Assembly: GCA_030295235.1 (NCBI GenBank)
Contig: AP026135.1
Coordinates: forward strand, 372,001 to 436,000
Length of the DNA stretch: 64,000 nt
Reading direction: 5' to 3'
Source of the DNA: Fistulifera solaris
Taxonomy: Eukaryota
The notes beneath the pieces were generated by a model, which saw only the letters and a list, made by a program, of their open reading frames with translations, was not told the origin of the DNA and did no database searches. Both the position numbers and the translations under genes were made by a program. This document shows, one piece after another, positions 47,727 through 61,700 of this stretch (position 1 is the first letter of the stretch; every line of letters begins with the position of its first letter).

Positions 47727-49271
47727 TCAAAAGGAAATGAACTTCGGAGCACTCTTGGCGAAAAATCGCGGAGAAGAAATCTGCTGCAGCGCACCCAATT
47801 GCCCCGCCAGTACGCCGCATACGAGCGCCACTAGTTTGCCAATGCGGGAAAAGAAAGGGAACAAAATATTTCTTCCCGGTAAATACGACAGTACGAGAGG
47901 TAGAAGGCTATGCGTCAGTGATCTCAATAGTAGAAACAACATCGCGTACACGGGAATGGTCGTACAGAGTGCATATGGTTTGATGTTCCGCCGTCGGGCG
48001 GTAGACACTATTTTCTTTTGAAATACATGACGGAGACAAGCGTGTGCACTCGCAAAACCATCCTTCATCGTTCCTTGAGCGGGATACGGATGTAAGTCTT
48101 CTCCAACCCATCGCACGGCCAGTGTGTAATGAGCCGCATGAGTGGCGTTGGGAAGTCGAAACAAAGCAGAAGATACGGCCAAGGAAGCCACATCCTCCCG
48201 ACCCACTCGTGAAGGTGAAGGCAGCCTTCCAGAAGGATCGACTTGGAGACCCGTCGTGTTGACATTTCTCTCGTCATCGGAAAGATCTCCCGGTCGAAGT
48301 ATAATGGTATCAATCAAATTGCACGATTGCAGCAGTTGTTCGGTCATGTCTTGATAGCGAAACACCATCGAGTGCATAATATTCGTCAACAGCGGAACAA
48401 AGTGCCAGGGTTGCTGTTGCAGACACAGGTCTGAAATGCGCACAAACCGAATTCGCGACGGTACTTTGTTGTCCGTTTTTCGTTTCAATGTATCGTCCTC
48501 CTGTAGTGTTTGCAGAGACTGTCGTCGCAATTGTTCTTTCTCCGCGAGTGCCAGGGCTTTCCGTGTACTCCGATAATGCACGTAGTACGGATGTCGCGCA
48601 TCGGAACACCAAGCACTGACATCCTTCCGCCACACCCGCCACAGGAGTAGAAAATCCGTCCACAGATTCGTGGGTCGGACCGATCCGACACAACTGATAA
48701 TGGCGGTGCATCCTCGAATGGCATCTTCGAGTACTTCATCGGCCGGATAAGCGTGTTGATTGTTGTAGTCTTGAATGGAGGTCCCATAAAAAGCCGCCGC
48801 TGACGAAGCACGTTTCCTCCATTCCTCTTCTTCTTCCTCTTCCTCGTCAGTATCACGATACCCCGGTAATTCCTCCGGTGGCACTAAATTGGCTTCGACA
48901 ATTTGTAAAGCAGGTTGCTTTTTCTTGTTCACGGTAATCAGATCATCGTATAAAACCCGACACGCCTTGTCGTAATCGTGGACGACAGCGACAATGGTCG
49001 CTTCACCGTTCGTTTCCAACAGTTGTCTTACTACCAAGCGACCAATTTTTCCCGTCGCACCCAACACCACAATTTTCGGTTGCGAAGGCATGACGGCCGG
49101 CTCCGGTAAAGCCGCCATGGTTTCGGTCGGAATGTCGCGTTCATACGAGTAACTACTGTCGTGCCACGCCTGCTGCAACGAGGGAATTCGGGTTTTCGAT
49201 TTTTTAAACAAGAGGGCCTGACTGAACGACAAGCCCAGGATCATCGTTGATACGACGCGAACTTTCCGCAT
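47727..49271 (-). CDS. NAD(P)-binding atypical SDR (NmrA/Tic62-like)
   Basis: Rossmann motif VVLGATGKIGRLVV, IILRPGDL, VGREDVA, and an N-terminal signal-like segment. Confidence 0.8.
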   Translation of the reverse strand: MRKVRVVSTMILGLSFSQALLFKKSKTRIPSLQQAWHDSSYSYERDIPTETMAALPEPAVMPSQPKIVVLGATGKIGRLVVRQLLETNGEATIVAVVHDYDKACRVLYDDLITVNKKKQPALQIVEANLVPPEELPGYRDTDEEEEEEEEWRKRASSAAAFYGTSIQDYNNQHAYPADEVLEDAIRGCTAIISCVGSVRPTNLWTDFLLLWRVWRKDVSAWCSDARHPYYVHYRSTRKALALAEKEQLRRQSLQTLQEDDTLKRKTDNKVPSRIRFVRISDLCLQQQPWHFVPLLTNIMHSMVFRYQDMTEQLLQSCNLIDTIILRPGDLSDDERNVNTTGLQVDPSGRLPSPSRVGREDVASLAVSSALFRLPNATHAAHYTLAVRWVGEDLHPYPAQGTMKDGFASAHACLRHVFQKKIVSTARRRNIKPYALCTTIPVYAMLFLLLRSLTHSLLPLVLSYLPGRNILFPFFSRIGKLVALVCGVLAGQLGALQQISSPRFFAKSAPKFISF

Positions 49272-49643
49272 GATCTTTCGCTTCTTCGGTATAATATGAA
49301 CCTCTTTGTGATCTCAAAGACGGCAAAAGATGATACTATAATTGACAAGATCGTTTGTCGAAGTTCTCGATCGTTGCATTTGTCGTTGTTGTGTTCCGAA
49401 AGCTCAAACACGCTACGAGTTGAAATATTTTTGGGACTTATACTAGACTGTGTGACTACTTAGATAAGGATAGTACCGGTACGCCACATCTAAGGTGCGC
49501 TCTACGACACTCACAAGCTCACAAGTCGTCACACGGCGCACCTAGCTCATAAAAACTTGGCCTTGCAAATATCAAACGGTTAGCTTTCTGCTTACTTTTT
49601 CAAACCATTCCTTCGTCTATTATTTCATCTAAGTCTTTTTATA

Positions 49644-50754
49644 ATGCCCAGAAGAACGCTTCTATGTACTTTAGTATCGCTTCACGCGACGGCGGCTTTC
49701 CTCCTCTTCAAAAAAGACACGACGAATTTCACTCCGCGACAGGCCACTCGTCGTGAATTTTTTGGACCCATGGTCAGCGGAGCACTCCTTCCTCTTCCCT
49801 CTCAAGCAGCCGACAATTATCCCTACAAAGTAAGTCAGCAGGTTGTTCCGTCGATGCGATCTTCCTTTCTCTCACATATATCCAACAGACCTGTGTTGCA
49901 CAAGTCGCCAACTGTTATAAAAATGCCGTCACCAACGCGGAATTAGTTTCCAAAGTCTACGCCGCGTTACAACCGTACGGATACGGACCCGATACGCTCG
50001 TGGCAACTTCCTTGTGTTCCGATGAAGTCAATCGGCCGCTCGAAGAATCCTTCTATAACTATTTTGGATCACATTTTACGCTGGGAGGCTTGGCGGGATT
50101 TCCGTTTGGTGGCCTTTCCGGGTTCATGGCCATGATTTCGCACATTCCCGATACCAATGGGTCGTGTTTGGTGGTGTACGGTCCTCACGTCGGGATCAGT
50201 ACCGATGGTCAAATTGGCAAACTCCAACGACGCGGACAACGTCAATTGGGCACGTGTTGCGGTTCCGCCATTGCCGCGGCACAGTACGCGAGAGCCGTCT
50301 ACCGGGGAAACGCCGCTCCCGTCCGTAATACGATGGTGACCGTCTTGGACGCGCAGCAAGCGTACGTGGCGTCCACTTTGTTACCGTACGCTGCACAAAT
50401 CGAACAAGCCCTGGATCCCATGGTCGAGCTGCCCTACGCCCTGTTTCAACCCATGGACGACATGATGTTGCAAATTGTGACTCGCGCCGACGTGGATTCG
50501 AATACGCGCATTGCGATGCTGGGAGTAAGTGTCTTATCTTGTTGCTTTTGTCATTTGTGCTCCTGCTCGAATTACTGGTGCGGTGGGTCTCACCGTACGA
50601 TTAACAGGGGATTCAAATCAATACTCCCGTCGGTCTTTCCGACTACTTTCTCCCTCTTCGATTCGATGTGCGCGACAACCAGGGAAACCTGATTGAAAAC
50701 TTGATGTGGAGGAGAACACCGGGTCCCCGACGAAAAGTTCCCTTGTCGGCATAG
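49644..50754 (+). CDS. Theta-class carbonic anhydrase (LCIB/LCIC family), probably thylakoid-lumenal
   Basis: Motifs ATSLCSDEVN, FTLGGLAGFPFGG, YGPHVG, CCGS and GGIQINT. Presequence ATAA-F followed by RREFF...PSQA. Introns 49830-49888 and 50525-50607. Confidence 0.9.
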
Positions 50755-50835
50755 AGTACGTCAACAGAATATTAATAGCATGTATTTATAGATGATTTCT
50801 GCCAAACGGATTCACTGAAATTAGCGATCATGATG

Positions 50836-52402
50836 CTAAACTTTGCTAATGACGAGTTCCCTATCTCCCTCGGTGTCATCTGTATCACTGACGCTCAAAT
50901 ATGGGTTGTGAGGCATAGGACGAAACTGATGGGGTGTGTAATAAGTGAGATGATGTCATCATACAAAAGCTTCAACGCAGGAAAGAACTTACCATGGAAC
51001 CAACAATCACATAAAACATGAGTGTCACTATTTCAACGACAACGTGGCGCACCCAGGTATGTCGGTAGTCAAGCATGGAACCAAACATGTAGATAAGGAT
51101 TCGAGTCGAATATATGTAGGCCACGACCAAGAGATAAAAGGATCGAAACAATTTGAGCTTGGAGATAATTTGCCCTCTACTTCCCGATTCCAGCTCACTT
51201 TCTCGGTCTTCATCGTACCCCTCTCCGTCCGGGTTGACGGTCTGCTCCAAGGCATTGACTTGCCAAACAATCGGAAGGAGAACGACACAACAGCAGATGA
51301 TGTCAACTAAATGCATGATGGCGGTCCATTTACTGTATCCTTGTTCTCCATTGATCTCTCGAGAAAGGACTGCTAGGGAGATGCTGTTCATAACTTGTAG
51401 CACAAGGACAACGCAGATGATCTTCGTTTCCTTGGGACTCAAAAAGGGTTTCACAAAACTCCATCCCGAGCCGATCAAGAGTATCACCGTAAATAAAAAA
51501 ATTCCCTTCACAAAATTTATGGCGTAAAAGAAGAATGACCAGATGTCAGCATGTCCATTCTCTTTGAGAAAATGGTAACGAATACTCTCGGCAAATATCG
51601 ATAGGCACTTGAGGAATATAAGGAACGACATCAGCTGATGTATAGCAAACACAACTGGTCGACCAGACCCATCTGAACCCCTCGTGAAAATCCCTTTTCC
51701 GCTTCGTTGAATTTTTGCGATATTTACCGCCCACGCTAGGAAGTAAACGAGGTAGCATATCGAAAAGAACAAACAAATGAAAGGCAGATCCATCTCGCCC
51801 ACCGGTAGATACGAGCGCTTCCCATAACGGTCAAAGTTGTACCAGTGAAATTCCAACTCGAACCGCGATAATGTAATCGGCTGATACGGACATACTTGGT
51901 ACATGAGAAAGTAAAGCCCCTCTTCGCCCGCTCGGAACGTGTATGAGATTTCCTTCGTTCCCGACTCCAACGAGAGTAAAATGCCGCCCTCGGCCGATTC
52001 GATCTCTCCGCCGTCCCCAAAGTCTCCGGACATGCCGTCAAATGGATCGTCACTCGTGTCGTAGTCAAAAACGCAAATGCTGTGATTGTTCTGCACATTC
52101 TCTCTGAATTTAGTAAATTCCGCTTCGTTTTGGAATCGTTGCAAAACGAAGCCTCCTTCCATTTTGACATGCTCCGTCCCCTTTGTTTTCTGTTTTCGTT
52201 CGTAATAAAACACTTTCAGTTCGAAATGCCCTCCCTTTTCGAAGCCAAATGGATCACCGAGAGGCACAAAACTTCGAGCAGTCGAAATGGTATATCGATC
52301 TTTGTGGGCGGCGCACGATGCGAAACAACTTAGAATTACGAGTAAAGCTAGCAGCCTCGTCGGCAACTGGCGGCTGCACCTTTTATGTCGTTCCCTGTTC
52401 AT
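50836..52402 (-). CDS. GPR107/GPR108-like (Lung_7-TM/GOST) seven-TM protein
   Basis: Motifs YLPVGEMDLP, LIGSGWSFVKPFLS, DIICCCVVLLPIVW and KLKLFRSFY. Intron 50926-50992, then FRP...NPYL. Confidence 0.9.
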
Positions 52403-52708
52403 TTGCTCGAGGGTATCTCGTTTTTAATGAGGTTCGTAACTGCAAATGAAATTGCATGGAGTAATAACTGAGTTTTGCAAACTCTTTCGTTATCAGTAAA
52501 GTCCTCTTTTTAGTTTCACCTTTACCCGTCTTCTAGTACCGATGCAACACTATCTGGTATTACATCCGTTAAATGAGGACCGTCCATGAATACGGCTCGA
52601 AGAGGAGTGTCAGGCCTCGATGCTCTGGCACCGTACCAGGTAAAGGACGACGGCTCATTCGACTTCATAGATCGAAGCGCTAAAACTAATAATGCATAAT
52701 ATACAGAA

Positions 52709-55700
52709 CTATTTTACAGAGCGAGTAAGTATCCAATACTTTGCCCACCAGCCACTGTCATCGTAGCTTTTTTCTAGGAATCCTAATTTGTAACCGGGCA
52801 TAGCTTTCCCGTAAGTAGCACGGTCCTTGTGATCTGCCAGTTCACACTCAAATGCATTTGTTTCGATATGCATAAATACATTTCCAGCTTGAAGCAAGTT
52901 CGGTGCTACACCCCAAGCAAAGAAGAGAATACATCCGCCCGAGTACAAAATCCCCTGTTGTGCGTCATACTCTTTGGTGGGGATGGAGTAACAAGGACTA
53001 CCGCCTTCCAGTAGCTTGGCAGATTTGATTTGCAAGGGCCCATCAGTGCCATTGATGATGCTGGCTACGATGCACCTGCGGGAACTCAGACCAGAAAAAA
53101 CTTGTCCCCAATTGGAGACGAGCGACCATGCCTCGTCATCAAGGCTTCTAAAGTAGCTTGACGACTCACTTCCGATAGCACGAACACGCGCACGACATTG
53201 CTCCACTAGGTCAACTTCATTTTTCATATTGCTTCCCAGTCTTCGTTTAGAGTTGTTGAAACTGCCGAACACATGGTCGACTTGTCTGGCTTTGATGCCG
53301 GGAATTGTACGCCGCGACAGGCTATCAGGGTCAGCACTCAAGATTGCGTCCTCAAGTTCCGAGGAGTTTGCCTTGCAGGTAATCAAAATGCGCCATGAGT
53401 ACAACTCACAACACACCGTTCATAGGATAGTTATTACGAGACTTACCATCTTTCGACTTTGCATGGACAGGAGATTGTGAAGCTGTGTCGATTGAGCACT
53501 ACTCTCCGTCTGAAACATGTAAGCTTTCACCCCATTCTGGCTAAATATCACAATGCGAATCCCCTCATCCAATGTTCCGAAATGGCTAATTTCTTCCCAA
53601 TCAACGCACCATGGTTCTCGAGATCTCCTATCGATTGCCCAGAGACACTGCTCACTAGCGATGATCAGATGATTCGGTATGTCGATGTGTCCGATGTAGA
53701 CATCATCCAAAGTGTCGCCTCCTGTCACAATTCTCTGTGCTTTAGCGGCTCGCTCGTCAAACGGTTCCAGTCGCACGCAATTTATCTTCTCAATAGAGCG
53801 ACAGGGTAGAGCTCTCCTCATCCGGATTGGTATTTTCGGAATTATTCTCTTCTTGCTTGTTGCATCCGAAAGATGATTCATTACCAAGACAGCTGCATCA
53901 CCAATGCCAACCACGGGTTTGACCACGGCGCCAATTAAGGCCTTTCCAACACCTTTTGCAAAACCAACGGGCCCCTGTTTAGAAGCATAAACCCCAGGCT
54001 GTTCAACAATGCCTAATGCACCCGATCTGACACTTCGGGCCACACTGGCCCCAGCAAGATAAAGAGAATCCGAGAAAGTACGGTGTTCTAGTCCTCTACT
54101 GATCGTATCCGTCATGATTCGTTGGTACGCGCGTCTCTCGTCCATGAATTCATCGTCGGCAGTCAAGCCAGCGAGATTAGTATTTACAACTTCGGTGACA
54201 TTCGACACTCCTCGAACCACTCCGACAAATAGTCCTCGAGCGAGGCTCTGCGTCCCTGCCTCAAGCCCTTCTATGAACTGGCGGGGGCCGTGAACAGCGC
54301 CTTGTATTGGCTCGTAGAAAAAGTCCCGCACACCACTCCCTACGTTTGAAATGAAATCCGCTGGAGCGCCCAAAATAGCTAGACTTCCCAATATTCCAAA
54401 AATTTGCTTTGTTAGTTGCGAAGAGTAGTGTGTGGCGATGACGCGCATCAGGGTCTGTGGGGCTTCGAAGACATGCCCAACGACAAAGGACGTGAAAACA
54501 AGAGGGGCATTGGATATCGATGTCTGTCATGAAAAAAGAGATGGAGTTTAAGAAAAATGCCAAGTTATGAAGAAAATTTGTTCAGAGACGCACCATTCCA
54601 CGAAGAAATTGGAATAGCATCATGCTTTCCGAGCCGGGTGTCCAGTCCATCCACTCTTGTGTGAAGGTAAGCCCAATCCGCACTGGGTGTAAATGCAGCC
54701 TTTCAAAATAAATCCGACCAGAATTCGCCATATGTATCATTGTCTCGATTTCTTTGGGGACACGATGGTCTAGATTTGTGAAGGATGCTTCAATCGATTG
54801 CGTAAGCTTGGCGACCCAGTCAATCTCTTCTACACGATTCTCTGCAGGCGTGGTGAGGGGCTCGATGAAACGGGCAATTGTTTCGGCAGTTCTGTGATTT
54901 GGGGAGATTGATCTGTTATTAGCCTCTGTCATGCAAACATAAATGTCACCTACTCTCACGCACCTTCGATCCAAGTAAATCTCGATTTCGAGAAGTCGAA
55001 TAGCAGCATACTCGAACACAAAAGTATTGCGCAAATCCTGGATACGGAGTACTGCCGACATGTGCACAAGGGGTTTCTTTGGATCACTTTGGGGACAGAA
55101 GACCTTCAAAGGAATGTGAGAGACGAAGGTCGTGGAAAATATGGTCGAATAAAATCTCAATTGTACTCACTAAAATGGGGTGAATAGAATTGCGGACATG
55201 GTTATCCGCTTGGAAAGTACCTATTGTCAATTCCAACTCGTGATATCCCTCTCTTGTTCGAGAAAAGCCGAAATAAAGATTTTCTGCTCGTGCGACCAAG
55301 ATTTCGCGACCATGTACGTGAGGGTCTACATTATCAATAACGCTTACGAACAGCGAGGGGATGCATATCTTTACACCAAAAGCAATTTCTTCTTCATGTT
55401 CCTTATCTTCCTTCATCATGCTAACTGGTTCTACACCAACTCCAGCTCCGGCCTCCGCCAGAGATCCAAGCACATCATTATCAAATTGCGCACGAAATGA
55501 CGGTGACAAGCAATATTTATTGTCCTCCACAAATTCGACCACTTTCGTCGAGTGCTCCGCTTTGATAGTACATTGGATTTGTTTTTTTCCTGGTAGCCGA
55601 AAGACACTAAAAGATCCCATTTCATCGATTTCAATGTACGAGGGATTTTTGACATTGCCAAAAGAAATCTTCTTGCTCGTCACGCAGCACCATTCAAGAA

Positions 55701-58700
55701 CGCGAGGTTTGTCTGGGTTGTCAAAACCAAAGCAAGTCTCCTGGTGTTTTTCGATCGTCCAAACGAACTCATCTAGTTGTTCGGGACCGAAAAAAGAACT
55801 CATAGCAGGGGCCAGTTCAGCCCCACACGGGAGATCAGTGTCGAAGGATGCCCTTGGTGTACAACTCTCAGCTATCACCCCTGTATGAATTCCTTTATCG
55901 TCTTCTTTTGTTGAAGACAGCGTGCTGATCGGCTGGCGGCAAAGTACAGTGTACCTTGTTCGATTTCGCAATATGTAAAGAGGATTGGACTTGTCGTTTG
56001 CTGACCAAAATACCACAACAACGGCCGAGTGTTGGTCTTTCGTTGCTAGTCTCACTTCAGCCTGTACTACCATGGGGCCAACCACGACGTTGCCAGTGAC
56101 GGGTAGTCGCAACGAAGTGATCCCTACTCTATCGATCTGAAAAACTCCGTTGCTCCAGCAATTATCGTAGTTTTTCCGTTGCAGTTCTTCGCCCGATGGT
56201 GCTCCGAGTCGTGCCTTCAGGGGAAGGGACCCATTTTCCCAATGGAAGGTTGAAGTAGACTGAGATGCTATGACTGTGGGACTGTCAAGACTTCCGTCTT
56301 GACCAATGACCAGTTCACGATGAAGCAAATTAATAATTTGAAATCGCGGAAGCAGCGTGATGATTTTTGTTCGGCAAAAGACACCTGGGCACACAGTAAC
56401 ATTAAATGCAAGCTCGAAAAGCCTATCACCGTTGCTTTCTTCCACGGAGAAAACTGTTCTTGGTAAAACGTTCGAGATATCAAGAGGGGATATCCATTTT
56501 GTGCGAACTCTCTCGTTATCAGATCCAGTATACCCGTTACGAACCTCGATGCACATTGTCAACTTTTCCCTCTTCGAAAAGTATAAGGTCATTCCGTTCA
56601 TACCAATCGACCACTGGTTGCCGGCCATCATCAAATCCTTCCTCATTTCAGGATTATTTTCTTCTTCGGGGAGTAGATGAGAGCGGCGCGATGTTTGATT
56701 ATCGGGAGTCGAAGCTAAGATGTCGAGAAAACCCTCAGAAAAACGGCATCCGAACCCGGTTTTATCCACGATCCAATATTGGGAGTAAACACGAAGGACA
56801 GGGCAGTGACCACACTCTACACTCAAAAGTAATGTTAGTGGATCACCAAATCTCCCAATCCTCTCAAACGTTACGACCGTTGTAAGCTCATTAGCAAAGT
56901 CAGAGTCTCCGTGAAATGTAAAATGCGAGTTTTCCTCTTTCGTTGACGGACGCCACGTATCCGATTTGGCATTTCTATTCACAATTCGATGCCAAGAACT
57001 CCATCTGTACCCCGGTACTCGTAAAGATATGTATGGTGTACGCCAAGGGTTAACCGCAGTACAGAACCCTTCTTTCCCGGTGCTGATCGATAACACTTCT
57101 GTTTGTGCAATGGAACGTACCCCTTGCGCTACCCGGGAATGTCCAACCTGGCATTCTAGCTGGCAAGGAAGGAGATTCATAACCCGAAATACAGGTTCAA
57201 TAATTATATCGACAGTCCCACCTTTACTTTTGATTTCAACAAGATGATAAATTGTCGTCCCTGATACGTCTCTTAAATCCATAGAAGTACGTACAAAATT
57301 TGAGGATTCCTGACTTTTCGGCAGTATCACAAAGCGGTCCGTTGACAGGATTTCCTTGATTTTCGCCTGCTGAGTACTTGGAGGCTTCGCAATTCTCATA
57401 TAAATAGCAGACGCCAAGATCACAGGCACGTCCAGGTGTTCACCCGGTTGAATGGTTCCCGCCAGTTCATCTTGATCCCATGATGGGCAAAACAGAAATG
57501 CTGACAAGGGTGCTCCAGTCTTGTTCAAAACTCGAAGGTTACTCCGCAGTGATATTAAGTAATTACCATTTTCATCGCGTGACGTTTCCCATATCAATTT
57601 TATTGGACGAAACAAATCGTTCCCTTTACTGCGACGCAACATCCTTGTCCTCGTCCAACGTTGACGTCTGCATACGTCGCCTCGTTGGTAAGCACGTTTG
57701 CTCCTTGTAAATGTCTCAAACTCTGCTTCGTATTCCCAGCCGTCAGCGTCGGTGTGAAGCCCCAATTTACCATTCAAATCAACAGACCAGTCGTCCACCC
57801 AAAACCAACGTTTGTCGGGCAACTTGAATTGCTGTTAACCACAGGCGACGAACGGAAAAGAATTATAGCATCAAAATGAAGAAAAGTTTCGAATGCACAT
57901 CGATGCTTACGTACATTCCTTGTTTCAACTTGACTGCCCGTCATATCACTCCAATCAGGGGGATCGCTCTTTAAATATGGTTTTATCCAATTTCCAGCGT
58001 CACTTCGTCGGGTCTTCTGACCGTAGAGAATGTTTCTCCCGATTTGTTTGCCTGAGACCTCGCTAAGAAAGCTTTCGGTATCATCTTCGTCCAAGGGCCA
58101 AACTTCTGACGAAAGTAGATCTTTTCCCTTGGAAAGCCCAAACAAATCGCTGATGCTTGGTTTTAGCCTTTCGTTGCGGATGCACGACTCTACTACTGGT
58201 TCAACGTCATGGCTCGCCAATTCAGTTTCTTTCTTCTTTCCTAGTTCAGAGGATGCAGGATACAAAACGTAGAGACGAACGTCGCCAAGGGATGACGAAG
58301 ATATTGGTACGTCGTCAAGTGGCTGACGCGCGCCAATGAGTGCTGTAGATGTAGAGGCAAGTTCTACTGACATGGCGTATTGATCATGTCCTTGCTCATC
58401 CGTTAAATGACCCAAAACGACTTCGGTATTACCTGCAACCAAAATCACGTCACGACCTGCCGTGGCCAAGTTATGCTGCACATTTAAGTCGAGGCCTGTC
58501 AAGTTGGTCATTTTGATTGTTTTGGCTTCCGTCGCCCGTCTCAAACCGACGGTCGACAGTGCCGATCGGCTTATGTTATCATGGAAACGATCAGTGTCGC
58601 TATCTTTCGAAATATCGAGCTTCATTTGAGCTAGATCTCTCAGAAGAACGCCGGTTAAATTCAGATTCAGTCGATCGCTGCAACACGCATTCATAGACTT

Positions 58701-61700
58701 GTATAGAGAAAATGAGAAAGGCAATGCGCCACTTCAACCACACACGAACAAGCACTTACCAACTCGTTAGGCATTTGATCCAAAGAAACAACGAAAGAAA
58801 AGGGCTCCACAGTGTATTCCCAGTCTTCGGCATCAGAGTTGAATGAATTAATGGACAAAAGAGCTGAACAGTCGCCATAGAGCGCCGAAAGGCAACCTTC
58901 CAGCTTGAGCTTAATTTGCTGAATTTTGAAATCCAAAAACTCAGGAGCGCCAGCATGAGACTTGAATGCTCTTAGTAAAACGAAAGAAAAGGCATGAATT
59001 TCAGCCCGCACAGTAGTTGCAACCCCAGTCCCTTTCTTCTGATACCGTACAAAATTGTGAAAAGTATTTCGCGATGGAGTAGAGCGCAATTTATCGGCTA
59101 AGTTCGATCCCGCGCTAAAGTCTCTGAATCTTTCATACATCCGCCGTAATATGGAAATGATGATTGAGAGATCGTTTGGAGTCAAGCGACACTTTACGGT
59201 TTCGCAATCCAGCGAAACATCTTGAGATACCACACACCCGAGGTTCTCCGTCGCGTAAACAATTCGAAACTCCGAACCAAACGGTCCGATCATCGGTGGT
59301 GCTTCAAATCTGGCTAATCGTTTAAATTCGGTGTTAACCAGCGAAGAAACATCCTCCACGCTGACGTGTAGAGTTTTAGTGCCTGTTCCATCTGGGTTCT
59401 CTATGCTTTGAAACATGATTCGTGCGTTCGACAAAATCTGTATAACAGCGTACTGTGCTCGCTCTCCCATCAGCTGCGATCTTTCCACGTAAAGTAAAGT
59501 TGGTCTTCCGGCCAAAATCGTATTTTCATTGAGGGTGATTTTTAGTAAGATACTCGAGTCTGAAGCTAGTCTGGAATATGGGATTCCCGGAAGTGTCAAC
59601 ATCGTCGAATTATCCTCTGACGTAGACATGGAAGGAGAAAAGGGCATCCCCGTCAATCCTGGACTAGTTGGGCGTGACTGCGGGCCACGTACTGGAAGAT
59701 TCGTCAGGAATACCAAGACCCACTATGGAAAGGTTAACGCAAACGACTTACCGCGTCTGTTTCGACGAGCTTTGCGACCAGCTTCGTGAACCTTTCGTTC
59801 CATTTCTTTCGTTGCCAGTTGCACCAATTCTAGTATCTTTCTGAAAGCTTTTGCGCAATCCTTCAAGGTTGTTGGTGTAACGCGCACCGTGACGAAGTTT
59901 AGTTCAATCTCGATTTCATCCAGGTTGGCCACTTTGTCTCGAAGGAATAATACAGTGAGTACGTAGAGTTGAGAATCCCCTCCATGATTATCGCTAACAC
60001 TTTCGAGACGTTGACGAGAATATTGCAAAATGCAATTTTCAGACTCGACAGGTCCTCGGTCAAGCCGAAGGGGTGTGTAGAATGAGCCTTCGCGAAGTCG
60101 GGTGATCGACGCATCGGACAGGGACAGCTTCGCCGTCTCATCTTCTCCCCTTACCGATCGCTCCAAGCAAATGTGAAAAATTTCGACCAAATATATTCTA
60201 ACAGGAGGAGCAACGTCATATAGGGTAGTATCATCCATTGATAGAATGGTCTTATCATCCGTAGCTAGAGGCGATCGTCGTTTGGAGTGCCCTTCAACGG
60301 CTATTTCGATCTTGTCTATCTTCAGGTTGAAGCGCCGTGGTATGCCTGAGCGAATAAGAAGATCAAGCTTTCTGTCTTCCTCACGGCGGAGATGTAAAGT
60401 AGTTGCCTCATTTTCTTCTCCTTCCCTACTTTGTAGCTGAACAATTCCTTTCGTATAAATCTTTCCAAAAGATCGAGCAAGTACCTCTGCATCTACTAGG
60501 CTAAGACGAATTGGACTAACAACAACGTTCTGGCACCTGACTTGTCCAGTGAGCGCTGCACCGCTCTTCGCGATCGAGTCGTTTAATTGATTACCTTCAT
60601 CCCAAATCTTGCTGTGTGCCTCGACTGAAAAGGTCTGATCACAGGCGTTTCCGCTCTGTAAGAAGTATCTATGTATAGGGACTCGTGCTTTAAACGAGAT
60701 ACACTATAACCACGGACAAAATTGACTTGCAAATCAGATGCCCTGATATCCCAGTCCGATTCAACCTTTCCTTCGTTTTTGTGCGAAGAGAATTTCATGT
60801 TTCCGGCGTTAACAAAAGTGCACCTTCTGTGCCATTCGATATAACTGGAATCCAAACATTTGGAGCTGCGACATTGATGTGTAAAGCGGAAGAAGCTGGT
60901 GATAGAAACGCAAGCTGCGCTTTCCTGGCGAGCGGTGTGGCATTTTTATATGCTCGGTAATTTCAATCTTCAGACCAGGGTCGCTTCTCCCCATGAATTC
61001 CGATATGGCATCAAAAGAGAAGATGTCCAAAGTAGAGTCAACGGATGAGCCGAGACGCTAACTTTAAGCAAGTCCTTCGTACGACCAGCTGCGATACGGC
61101 AAAGTGTACCCACTGGTGGAAGCTCGAGAAAGTCTGCCGATGTGTTCAAGTCTAAACCCGCACCTTGACTTTTGTCACAAAATGACAACGTCGAAAGGCG
61201 CCCCTCCGATTCAAAAAATTCTTCCAAATCTTCTTCTTCCTTCTTTTCAAACCCACAACGAAAGCGCGTGAAGAGTATTTTATCTTCCCCGTGGCTCAAG
61301 TCACACTGGTTGATGTCAAAAAGAAATCTCTGTTCCCCAAACCAAACACTCTAGAACGACCAGAGGAACGAATAACCAATCTTAAGGAATGCTCGCGGTG
61401 CATCGTATTGTGAATTGCAATATTCACTGTCATATCATGAAGCCGCCAGTCAACGAACCACATTTTCTTGCCCAACCGAAGTGTCATGGCATCGAACAAT
61501 GAGAACCCCCTAAAAGATTGTTGTAATCTTTCCCCGGTATCACTACTTCTCAGTGGCGAATCAGTCTTGTTAGTGTCTCCTTTCTTCTCTCGCCTGGAAT
61601 TTCTTTGTCGGAGCAGACGAAAAGGACTGAGAGATTTAGCGGACAAAGTCTTCTCTTTCGAAATTCCTGGGTCAGATTCTTTCTTTTGAAGCCAATAGAC

